Positions 1-7,705 of a stretch of 13,144 nucleotides of DNA are shown piece by piece (positions within the stretch are counted from its first letter, which is position 1; every line of letters starts with the position of its first letter). A program made the position numbers and the translations under genes. Below the pieces are notes generated by a model. That model was not told where the DNA came from, made no database searches, and saw nothing but the letters and a program-made list of their open reading frames with translations. The DNA comes from an archaeon (lineage in GTDB: Archaea > Iainarchaeota > Iainarchaeia > Iainarchaeales > 1-14-0-10-31-34). Location: assembly GCA_043819075.1 (NCBI GenBank), contig JBDRFE010000011.1, positions 1 through 13,144 of the forward strand, written 5' to 3'.

Positions 1-651
1 CCAGAAATGCTTTTCTTTTGAAAAAGCATGGTTCATTAAAGTGTGCGCCATTTCACTTAATTCTTCATTGGCTGTTACAACCATTCCGCCTTCTCCGGTA
101 GTAATTATTTTGTTTGCATAAAAGCTGAAGCAGCCGCAGTCTCCAATAGAGCCGACTTTTTTTCCTTTGTATAAGGCACCATGGGCTTCAGCCCCGTCTT
201 CTATAACTTTCAGGCCGTGTTTTTCAGCTATTTCCATTAAAGGGTCCATGTCAACTGGATGGCCGTAAGTGTGAACAGGCATTATTGCCTTTGTTTTTTT
301 GGTTATTTTTTCCTCTATTTTGGTTACATCCATATTCCATGTATCCATTTCAGAGTCAACTAAAACAGGTTTTGCTCCTGCATAAATAACTGAATTAGCT
401 GTGGCAACCATTGTGAAAGAAGGCATTATCACTTCATCGCCTTTTTTTATTCCAAGAGAAGCAACAGCCAAATGCAGTGCTGTTGTGCCGCTTGTAGCGC
501 TAATGCCGTATTTTGTGTCACAGAATCCAGCAAATTTTTCCTCAAACTCTTTCACAAAAGGGCCCATAGAAGAAATCCAGTTTGAATCAAAGCATTTTTT
601 TACGTACTCAAATTCTTTTTTCCCGATATTTGGTTCACAGACATGAATCAT
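1..651 (-). CDS. DegT/DnrJ/EryC1/StrS family PLP-dependent sugar aminotransferase, GDP-perosamine synthase-like (3' end runs off the window)
   Basis: Manual translation of the minus strand from ATG at 651 is open to base 1: MIHVCEPNIGKKEFEYVKKCFDSNWISSMGPFVKEFEEKFA...SGTTALHLAVASLGIKKGDEVIMPSFTMVATANSV...IMPVHTYGHPVDMD...IEDGAEAHG...FSFYANKIITTGEGGMVVT. This contains the SGTTALH, EDxAxAHG and SF...NK.ITTGEGG (PLP lysine) motifs. A GAGG SD-like site lies upstream. Not in the ORF track because it has no stop inside the window. Confidence 0.95.
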   Translation of the reverse strand, partial: MIHVCEPNIGKKEFEYVKKCFDSNWISSMGPFVKEFEEKFAGFCDTKYGISATSGTTALHLAVASLGIKKGDEVIMPSFTMVATANSVIYAGAKPVLVDSEMDTWNMDVTKIEEKITKKTKAIMPVHTYGHPVDMDPLMEIAEKHGLKVIEDGAEAHGALYKGKKVGSIGDCGCFSFYANKIITTGEGGMVVTANEELSEMAHTLMNHAFSKEKHFW

Positions 652-705
652 TGTAATCCCTCATACTAAAAATAAATATTAGTTCAGTATATTTATGTTA
701 GAAAA

Positions 706-724
706 TCATTTATATGCTTTTTCG
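706..724 (-). promoter_or_regulatory. Putative archaeal BRE + TATA box for the aminotransferase
   Basis: The minus strand reads CGAAAAAGCATATAAATG, a purine-rich BRE-like run followed by ATATAAAT, about 55-60 nt upstream of the ATG at 651. Confidence 0.5.
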
Positions 725-828
725 TACAAGAATCAAACAATCTAAAATTCTATACAGATGCCTTAATATATGATAAATTTGAATTATCAAATAAAAACAT
801 TTCTTAACATTTTATCTTATAGAATTCT

Positions 829-1452
829 ATGCAACTCAAAGAATATTACAAAGAATATGGAAGAAAAATGCCTGAAGAAAGGGAAAATGGAATCCCTTTA
901 TCTAAAGAAAGAATTCAAAAAATCCTGCCATTCTTTGAAGAACCTATGTTAGATGTTGGCTGTTCAAAAGGGTATGATGTAAGGTATTTTTATAACAAGG
1001 GTTTCAAAAAAACTTTTGGTTGTGACATTTCTGAGGAAGTTATTAGCGTTGCCAATTCGTTTTTGCCTGGCCATTTTTTTGTTCACAACTTTGAAGAAAA
1101 AAAAATTAAAAAAAAATTTAAAACAATTTATTCTTTTGACGTAATTGAACATTTGTTTTTCACAAACGAATTTTTGGAAAACATTTTTTACTCAATACTG
1201 CCAAAAGGCAAATTGATTATCACCTGCCCGAATGTTTTGTCAATAAGAAACAGAATTAATTTTTTGTTTGGCAAAGGAGAATACTTTATTCCAAAACACA
1301 ACTGTCCGCATATAAGATTTTTCAATACAAAAAGTTTAGAGCAAAAATTAAAACAAACAGGTTTCAGAAAAGTCCTTTTCTTTAATGCCTCAAAAATCCC
1401 TTTAATGCCAGATTCTTTAGTTGGCTCAATAACAGCTGTGGCATTAAAATAA
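829..1452 (+). CDS. Class I SAM-dependent methyltransferase (glycan-cluster type)
   Basis: 207 aa. Motif I LDVGCSKG, then GCDIS, FDVIEHL, LIITCPN and HIRFF, which are typical of Methyltransf_11/23-type proteins in polysaccharide loci. Confidence 0.9.
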   Translation: MQLKEYYKEYGRKMPEERENGIPLSKERIQKILPFFEEPMLDVGCSKGYDVRYFYNKGFKKTFGCDISEEVISVANSFLPGHFFVHNFEEKKIKKKFKTIYSFDVIEHLFFTNEFLENIFYSILPKGKLIITCPNVLSIRNRINFLFGKGEYFIPKHNCPHIRFFNTKSLEQKLKQTGFRKVLFFNASKIPLMPDSLVGSITAVALK

Positions 1453-1476
1453 CTTAAAAAAATTTTCTTAATCCTG

Positions 1477-2940
1477 TCAATTACTCCTTTCAATAATTTT
1501 TTTAAAGAAAATAATGTCTTTTTCATCAAAGCCCTTAATTAAAATCAAAACAACAAAATACAAAATAGAAGAAATGATAACCAAAAGAAATATGTTTAAA
1601 AAGAAAAAGAAATAAATAAAAATGAAAATTACAAAACTTGCAATTACACATTTTATTACATCTTTTAACAAAGAAGAAAAATTTAAAAAATGTTTAGAAA
1701 CAAAATATCCTCCTAAAATAAAAAGAGCCAACTCAGATAAAACGCTTGCAAAAGCCGCCCCTATAAAATCATAAATCGGGATTAAAATTAAACTCAAAAA
1801 AATGTTTATAATCAAGGAAATGCCAAAAAGAAAAGAAGCTCTTTTTTCAAAAACAGTAGACTGCAACACATTCAAAAAGACCATATTTAAAAAATTAAAC
1901 ACAGAAAGCCAGATTAAAATTGTCAGTGCCGTAGAAGCCGGGAAAAAATTATTTAACCCAGTAGTAGGGTAAACTAATCCTATAATTCTTTCTGAAAGCA
2001 GTGTTGTGGAAAAAGCTATGGGAAGAACAATAATTAACAAATATTTGGACGATTTTTCAACAACAGTGTTAAGAGACTTGTTAGAAACCGCATAAAAAGA
2101 TGCCATTACTGGAAAAACCACTGTCATAAAAGTTGCAGGCACAAAACCAATAACAGAAACCAATCTCATTGCTGCAGCATAGTAACCAACACTGACATTC
2201 CCCTTAAAAAATAAAAGCGTAATTAAAGCAATGTTCCCATAGATTGCTGTTAATAGGTACATTAAAGAAAACGGCAAACTCAACATAACAAGCTTTTTAT
2301 ATTTTTTAAAATTGAAATTAATTTTAAGTTTGGTAAATTTTCTTGTTACTACAAAGAAACTTAAAATAAAATTAAAAAAGCTTGAAAACACTGCCACAAA
2401 AAAAACTTCTTTTAGCCCATAACCAAAAAAAAGAACTCCGATTGTAAGAAATACAAGAATAATTTTGTAAAAAACATTCACAAAAAAATCATATTGCATT
2501 TCTTGAAAAGCAAAAAAAATCATTCTAAACAGGCCAGCCATTGAATCGAACAACAAAGAACATCCCGCGATCAAAATAAAAAAAAACATAGAAGAGAAAT
2601 ATTTTGTTCCATAAAAGAAATTAAGCAAAGTGCCTAAAACAAAAACAACAATAAGCACAACTAAGGATAAAAATATTTTAATTACAAAAGCATCTCCTAG
2701 AAGTTCACCTGCTTTGCTTTTATCTTTTGCGATTTCCCTGGAAATTAAGACTCCGATCCCTAAATCTCCAAAAACTGTGAAAATTAAAACAAAAGAAAAA
2801 GCAAAAGAATAAACACCAAAATCTCCAACCCCTAATTTTTGTGCAATGTAAATAACCATGCCAAGAGAAAGAATCCTTTGAACAATATTCCCTGCACTAA
2901 GAAAAAAAATATTTTTTCCTATTCTTCTTACAGTACTCAT
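1477..2940 (-). CDS. Wzx/RfbX-type oligosaccharide flippase (MOP superfamily polysaccharide biosynthesis protein)
   Basis: About 488 codons, very hydrophobic with many predicted TM segments. Family-typical segments: RRIGKN..., LGVGDFGVYSFA, DLGIGVLISREIAK, VGYYAAAMRL, LILIPIYDFIGAAFAS. Start placed at ATG 2940 (MSTVRRIGKN); ATG 2946 is an alternative. Confidence 0.93.
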   Translation of the reverse strand: MSTVRRIGKNIFFLSAGNIVQRILSLGMVIYIAQKLGVGDFGVYSFAFSFVLIFTVFGDLGIGVLISREIAKDKSKAGELLGDAFVIKIFLSLVVLIVVFVLGTLLNFFYGTKYFSSMFFFILIAGCSLLFDSMAGLFRMIFFAFQEMQYDFFVNVFYKIILVFLTIGVLFFGYGLKEVFFVAVFSSFFNFILSFFVVTRKFTKLKINFNFKKYKKLVMLSLPFSLMYLLTAIYGNIALITLLFFKGNVSVGYYAAAMRLVSVIGFVPATFMTVVFPVMASFYAVSNKSLNTVVEKSSKYLLIIVLPIAFSTTLLSERIIGLVYPTTGLNNFFPASTALTILIWLSVFNFLNMVFLNVLQSTVFEKRASFLFGISLIINIFLSLILIPIYDFIGAAFASVLSELALFILGGYFVSKHFLNFSSLLKDVIKCVIASFVIFIFIYFFFFLNIFLLVIISSILYFVVLILIKGFDEKDIIFFKKIIERSN

Positions 2941-3051
2941 AACCATCAATAAACAAGACAATAATAAAATCAACTGAATTTAATTAAAATACATTTGAAA
3001 ATCAGTTATTAAAAAGGATTTTGGTACAAAAATAAATACAAAAAAATCACA

Positions 3052-3097
3052 CTATTTAAATTGTTATGAGAACAATATAATAAATTGTTCCAAGTGA
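3052..3097 (+). promoter_or_regulatory. Putative TATA box (TATTTAAAT, 3053-3061), inverted-repeat operator (3070-3090) and GTGA SD upstream of the C-methyltransferase
   Basis: TTTAAA at 3055-3060; GAACAAT-N7-ATTGTTC palindrome at 3070-3090; GTGA at 3094-3097, before ATG 3102. Confidence 0.45.
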
Positions 3098-3101
3098 TTA
3101 A

Positions 3102-4385
3102 ATGAAGAAAGCGGTTGAAATAAAAAAATGCAGGGTTTGCGGTAAAAAAAAATTAATTAAAATACTTTCTTTGGGAAACCAATTTGTGTCAAATTTTGTT
3201 GCAACATCAAAAGAAAAACACGTAAAAATCCCACTGAAACTTGTTTTATGTGATAGCAAGGCAGGTGGTTGCGGATTATTACAATTAAGGCATACAACAC
3301 CATCTAATTTGATGTACCATAATTATTGGTATTTATCTGGGATGAACAAAACAATGATTCTCGCTTTAGCTGATATAACAAAAAAAGCAGAACAAATAAT
3401 TTCATTAAAAAAAAATGATTTGGTTCTTGATATAGGCTGCAATGACGGAACCTTGTTGCGAAACTATCAAACAAAAGGAATCAAACTTATAGGGTTTGAC
3501 CCTGCAAAAAACCTGCTTGCGTACTCTCAAAAAGGAACAACAAAAATAATAAACAATTTCTTTAATGCAAAAGAGTTTCAAAAAGAGTTCAAAGAAGAAA
3601 AAGCGAAGATAATTACAAGCATTGCAATGTTTTACGATTTGGATAAGCCAAACGATTTTGTTAAGGATGTAAAAAAATGTCTGGATGATAATGGTTTATG
3701 GGTAATTCAAATGAGTTACCTTCCTTTAATGCTTGAACAAAATGCATTTGATAACATATGCCATGAACACATAGAATTTTATTCTTTAACTTCACTTGAA
3801 AATTTGCTTAAAAGACATGAAATGGAAGTAATTGGAGTGGAATTAAACAATGTAAATGGGGGAAGTTTTAGAACATATATAAAACACAAAAGAGCCAAAA
3901 TAAAAGCTCTTGAAAAGGAAAAAGAAAAATTATTTGAATTAAGGGACCGCGAAAAAAAAATAGGGCTTGAAACAAAAAAACCTTATGAAGAGTTTGCAGA
4001 AAGGGTAAACAAAATTAAAAAAGAGCTAGTTGAATTCATAAAACAAGAAAATGCAAAAGGAAAAAAAATCTACGTTTATGGGGCATCGACCAAAGGAAAC
4101 ACTCTGCTGCAATTTTTTAACTTAAACAACAAATTGATCAAAGCAGCAGCAGAAAGAAATTTAGACAAAATAGGAAAAAAAACTACAGGGACACTAATTC
4201 CAATAATATCTGAGGAACAAGCAAGAAAAGAAAATCCAGATTACTTTTTAATTTTGCCATGGCATTTCCTGAAGGAATTCACGGAAAGAGAAAAAGAGTA
4301 TCTTGAAAACGGAGGAAAATTTATTGTTCCCTTGCCCGAGCCAAAAATAATAGGAGGATTTGGTTTTGAAGAAGTTCTTGATTAA
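3102..4385 (+). CDS. NDP-hexose C-methyltransferase (TylCIII/EryBIII/NovU/TcaB9-like, Zn-binding N-terminus)
   Basis: 427 aa. N-terminal CRVCG ... LC(x)GCGLLQL zinc site, SAM motif VLDIGCNDG, FDNICHEH, GGSFR, YGASTKGNTLL, ILPWHF and GGKFIVPLP, all characteristic of the three-domain sugar C-methyltransferase family. Confidence 0.92.
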   Translation: MKKAVEIKKCRVCGKKKLIKILSLGNQFVSNFVATSKEKHVKIPLKLVLCDSKAGGCGLLQLRHTTPSNLMYHNYWYLSGMNKTMILALADITKKAEQIISLKKNDLVLDIGCNDGTLLRNYQTKGIKLIGFDPAKNLLAYSQKGTTKIINNFFNAKEFQKEFKEEKAKIITSIAMFYDLDKPNDFVKDVKKCLDDNGLWVIQMSYLPLMLEQNAFDNICHEHIEFYSLTSLENLLKRHEMEVIGVELNNVNGGSFRTYIKHKRAKIKALEKEKEKLFELRDREKKIGLETKKPYEEFAERVNKIKKELVEFIKQENAKGKKIYVYGASTKGNTLLQFFNLNNKLIKAAAERNLDKIGKKTTGTLIPIISEEQARKENPDYFLILPWHFLKEFTEREKEYLENGGKFIVPLPEPKIIGGFGFEEVLD

Positions 4386-5025
4386 ATCCCTGTATTATTA
4401 CCATAAAATTTTTAAGCCTGGCTTTTATTTTAATGGAAAAAAATATACATATTTTGCTGAAAGAAAAGACAAAATGACCTGGAGAAATGAAAGAGCAGTT
4501 GAATTGCCTTTAATGTGGAGCGAAGTTCAAAAGTTTAAAGGAAAAAGAATTCTTGAAATCGGAAATGTTTTATCACATTATTTTTCTTTTGAGCATGATA
4601 TTGTTGATAAATTTGAAAAAGGCAAAGGTGTAATAAACCAAGACGTGGTTGATTTTAAACCCAAAAAAAAATATGATCTGATTGTAAGCATTTCCACTTT
4701 AGAGCATGTTGGCTGCGGCAGATTTAAAGACTGGGACGAATTCCCAAAAGAACCAAAAAAAGTGTTGAGAGCAGTAGAAAACCTAAAAAACAACTGTTTG
4801 GCTGAAGGAGGGAAAATGATTGTTTCAATGCCTGTCAACTATAATGTTGACATGGACAAAATGATAGAGAAAAACGAGATTCCATTTACAGAGAAATTCT
4901 GGCTGAAAAGAATTTCCTGGCTGAATGACTGGAAAGAAGCAGACTGGAATTCTGTTAAGGACGCAGAATTTGATTCACCGTATTCTTTTGCAAACGCACT
5001 GCTGATAGGAATCATCAGAAAATAA
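4366..5025 (+). CDS. SAM-methyltransferase-fold protein, DUF268-like
   Basis: NERAVELP, RILEIGN, YDLIVSISTLEHVGCGRF, LAEGGKMIVSMP. Start placed at TTG 4366 because AGGAGG (4352-4357) lies 8 nt upstream; the track's TTG 4360 is only 2 nt from that SD. Confidence 0.75.
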   Translation: MKKFLIKSLYYYHKIFKPGFYFNGKKYTYFAERKDKMTWRNERAVELPLMWSEVQKFKGKRILEIGNVLSHYFSFEHDIVDKFEKGKGVINQDVVDFKPKKKYDLIVSISTLEHVGCGRFKDWDEFPKEPKKVLRAVENLKNNCLAEGGKMIVSMPVNYNVDMDKMIEKNEIPFTEKFWLKRISWLNDWKEADWNSVKDAEFDSPYSFANALLIGIIRK

Positions 5026-5048
5026 ATAAAGAAAGGAAAAGAAACTAG

Positions 5049-6143
5049 ATGAAACCAAAAAAAGTTCTTCTTATATCTGATTTTGCTTTTCCTGTTAAAG
5101 CAGGGACTGAAAGACTGGTTTTTGGTGCAGCTGAATGGCTGAACAAAAACGGAATAAAAACTGACATTCTTACGCCAAATTGGGATAACTTAAAAGAACA
5201 TGAAATACAGGAAAAAGTAAATATTTACAGGTTCAACACACATGAAATAACGCGCACAAATCCGTTGAAAAGAATACAAGATTACATTAATGCAGGAAAA
5301 AAACTGGAAAAATATGACATTTACCACGGATTTTATACTATGCCACCGTTAATTGCGGCTATCCTGTTAGCAAAAAAAATGAAAGCAAAATCAGTAATTA
5401 CTTTTTTTGGAAGAGAGCAACTGGAAAAAAATTTTTCAAACCCAATAAAAAAATTTTTTCTTCTGAATGAACTGAAGAAAGCAGACAAGATAACAACATA
5501 TACCTGGAATTTGCAGGAATATTTTGAAGAAAAATATTTCAAGAACAAAAATATTACTACCTTGCAGGGCTGGTCTGAACACAAGTTTAGAAAAATTGAA
5601 TGCATTAAGCCTGAAAAAAAAATTGTTTTGTTTGTGGGAAGAATTGATGAAAGCAAAGGGGTTTTTGTTTTAGTTGATGCATTTGAAAAAATTAAGGACA
5701 GAGTTAATGCAAAACTTGTTTTTGTTGGCCCTCCATATGAAAAAGAAAAGCTTGAAAAAAGAATAAAAGAAAAAAAAATGGAAAGCATAGTTGAAATAAG
5801 AGGTTTTGTTTCAGATGAGGAACTCAACGAGCTTTACAGTTCAAGCGAAGTGGTGGCAGTTCCTGCATTGCACGGAGACGCATTTGGTTTAAGCTTAATG
5901 GAAGCAATGGCGTTAGGGAAACCTGTTATATGCACTGACTCAGCCGGATCTCCCGACAAAAAAAAGGAAGAAGAATTAATTGTTGAAAGAGGGAACTCAA
6001 ATGAGTTGGCAGAAATGCTTGAAAAACTTTTGACTGACAGGGATTTTTATGAAAAAGCAGTAAATGTCTCAAAAAAAAGAGCTAAATTATTTGAAAAAGA
6101 AAAAGTAATGCAAAAGTACGCAAATATCTACAATTCACTTTAA
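5049..6143 (+). CDS. Glycosyltransferase family 4 (GT-B fold)
   Basis: 364 aa. N-terminal FPVKAGTER, VLFVGRIDESKG, RGFVSDEEL, DAFGLSLMEAMALGKPVI. An AAGGA SD-like site lies upstream. Confidence 0.93.
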   Translation: MKPKKVLLISDFAFPVKAGTERLVFGAAEWLNKNGIKTDILTPNWDNLKEHEIQEKVNIYRFNTHEITRTNPLKRIQDYINAGKKLEKYDIYHGFYTMPPLIAAILLAKKMKAKSVITFFGREQLEKNFSNPIKKFFLLNELKKADKITTYTWNLQEYFEEKYFKNKNITTLQGWSEHKFRKIECIKPEKKIVLFVGRIDESKGVFVLVDAFEKIKDRVNAKLVFVGPPYEKEKLEKRIKEKKMESIVEIRGFVSDEELNELYSSSEVVAVPALHGDAFGLSLMEAMALGKPVICTDSAGSPDKKKEEELIVERGNSNELAEMLEKLLTDRDFYEKAVNVSKKRAKLFEKEKVMQKYANIYNSL

Positions 6144-6854
6144 TTTTATGTTTTTTATCATAGATGCTGCCCTGAATAATGACTCAAATGTTCCTGCATC
6201 ACTCCAATAGCCATTTAAAAAATTTGCCTTAAGCTTTTTTTTCCTGATAAAAGCATTATTGACATCAGTTATTTCCAGTTCGCCTCTTCCGGAAGGCTTT
6301 AATGACCTGATTATCTTGAATACCTCTGGAGGATACAAATAGATTCCGGTTACAGCAAAATTTGTTTTCGGTGTTTTAGGTTTTTCTTCAATTGAAACAA
6401 CTTCTTTTCCTTTCAGTTCTGCAACACCAAACCTTTTTGCATCAACAACTTCTTTCAAAAAAATAAAAGCCGAATCAGATGACGACTCAAATTCTTTTAC
6501 CGAAGAAGCAATTGAATCCTCTAAAATGTTGTCGCCTAAAACAACGGCAATTTTTTCGTTGTCAGCAAAATTTTCTGCCAAAGACAATGCCTGTGCAATT
6601 CCTCCTGCTTCTTCCTGGATTTCATAAGTAAACCTTGCATTAAATTCCTTTCCAGAGCCCAACAGCTTTAGGAAGTCACCTGCATGCTCTTTGCCTGAAA
6701 TAATCATAATGTCTTTTATTCCTGCTTCAAGAAGAGTATTCAAAGGAAAATAAATCATCGGCTTGTCGTAAACAGGAAGAAGGTGCTTATTGGTTACTTT
6801 AGTCAAAGGAAAAAGCCTGCTTCCTGTTCCACCTGCAAGAATTACGCCTTTCAT
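6135..6854 (-). CDS. rmlA: Glucose-1-phosphate thymidylyltransferase, short form
   Basis: GVILAGGTGSRLFPLTKVTNKHLLPVYDKPMI, LGDN, EEKP, AVTGIY, SGRGELEITDVN, WSDAGT. Overlaps the rmlD stop by 4 nt (ATGA). Confidence 0.92.
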   Translation of the reverse strand: MKGVILAGGTGSRLFPLTKVTNKHLLPVYDKPMIYFPLNTLLEAGIKDIMIISGKEHAGDFLKLLGSGKEFNARFTYEIQEEAGGIAQALSLAENFADNEKIAVVLGDNILEDSIASSVKEFESSSDSAFIFLKEVVDAKRFGVAELKGKEVVSIEEKPKTPKTNFAVTGIYLYPPEVFKIIRSLKPSGRGELEITDVNNAFIRKKKLKANFLNGYWSDAGTFESLFRAASMIKNIKLK

Positions 6855-7705
6855 AAGTTCATCTGCTTTTTTACTTTAATTAAACCTTCTTCCACCGAAC
6901 TCATTTTAATTCCTTGCAGCTGAATTTTCGTAATGTCAAGAGAAGAATCAACTGGCCTTTTTGCTTTCCAGCCAGGAACTCCAACAGCTTGTTTCACCAA
7001 AGAAGAATCCAATTCAAAAACCCTGCAGATCTTCATCAGCAAATCATATCTTGAACAGGACTCGCTTCCTGCAACATGAAACAAGCCAGAAAAATTTTTT
7101 TCAAGCATGAAATAAACTGCTTCTGCGGCATCGTCAATTAAAGTGGGAGAATTTGTTATGTTTGCTACAAGAACTTCCTTGTGGTTCTTCAGCTGTTCTA
7201 TTGCATAACACACAAAAGTGTTTTTGTCTTCAATAGAGTTGAAACCATATAACAATGAAACCCTTGCAATCAAAAAAGAATCTGTTCCTTTTACCAGTTC
7301 TTCTCCTTGAACTTTTGTTTTACCGTAAAAGTTTATTGGATTGGTTTTGTCGTTTTCAGTGTAATTCCCTTTTATTCCGTCAAAAACATAGTCAGTTGAA
7401 AAAAAAACAAGCTTTGAATTGAATGCACGGCAGGCATCAACAACATTTCTTGTGCCTTCAAAATTCACTTCAGTTGCCTGAATTTTGTGTGCCTCGCAAA
7501 AGTCAACGCTTGTTATTCCTGCAGTAAGCAAAACTATATCAGGGTTAAGGTCTTTAAACAAATAAATCAATGACTGCTCGTCTGTTATGTCAAGGGAATA
7601 ATCAACTTTTCCTGCAATGTCAGCTGTAACTATTTTTATTCCTTTTTTCCTGAAAACAGAAACAAGTTTTTCCCCTAAAAAGCCTTTTCCTATAAGGAAA
7701 ATCAT
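6851..7705 (-). CDS. rmlD: dTDP-4-dehydrorhamnose reductase family SDR
   Basis: IGKGFLG Rossmann motif, TSVDFCE, FSTDYVFDG, PINFYGKTK (YxxxK), SPT, RP..SSL. Start at ATG 7705 gives an ATGA overlap with the rmlB stop. Confidence 0.88.
   Translation of the reverse strand: MIFLIGKGFLGEKLVSVFRKKGIKIVTADIAGKVDYSLDITDEQSLIYLFKDLNPDIVLLTAGITSVDFCEAHKIQATEVNFEGTRNVVDACRAFNSKLVFFSTDYVFDGIKGNYTENDKTNPINFYGKTKVQGEELVKGTDSFLIARVSLLYGFNSIEDKNTFVCYAIEQLKNHKEVLVANITNSPTLIDDAAEAVYFMLEKNFSGLFHVAGSESCSRYDLLMKICRVFELDSSLVKQAVGVPGWKAKRPVDSSLDITKIQLQGIKMSSVEEGLIKVKKQMNL

Noticed and set aside
401..646. 81-aa plus-strand ORF
   Set aside because: Antisense shadow of the aminotransferase; no recognisable motifs.
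770..952. 60-aa plus-strand ORF overlapping the methyltransferase in another frame
   Set aside because: No motif or SD; the 829..1452 ORF is complete with motif I, so no frameshift is needed.
964..1529. Minus-strand ORFs of 62 and 113 aa
   Set aside because: Antisense to the methyltransferase and without family features.
2630..2812. 60-aa Lys/Thr-rich ORF
   Set aside because: Antisense shadow of the Phe/Val-rich flippase.
3144..3152. A9 tract near the 5' end of the C-methyltransferase (and similar A/T runs elsewhere) as a phase-variation site
   Set aside because: Runs of 8-10 A/T occur throughout this Lys/Phe-rich, AT-rich sequence, and all genes are in frame.
4578..5827. Minus-strand ORFs of 86 and 164 aa
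   Set aside because: Antisense shadows (Ser/Phe-rich) of clearly identified plus-strand genes.
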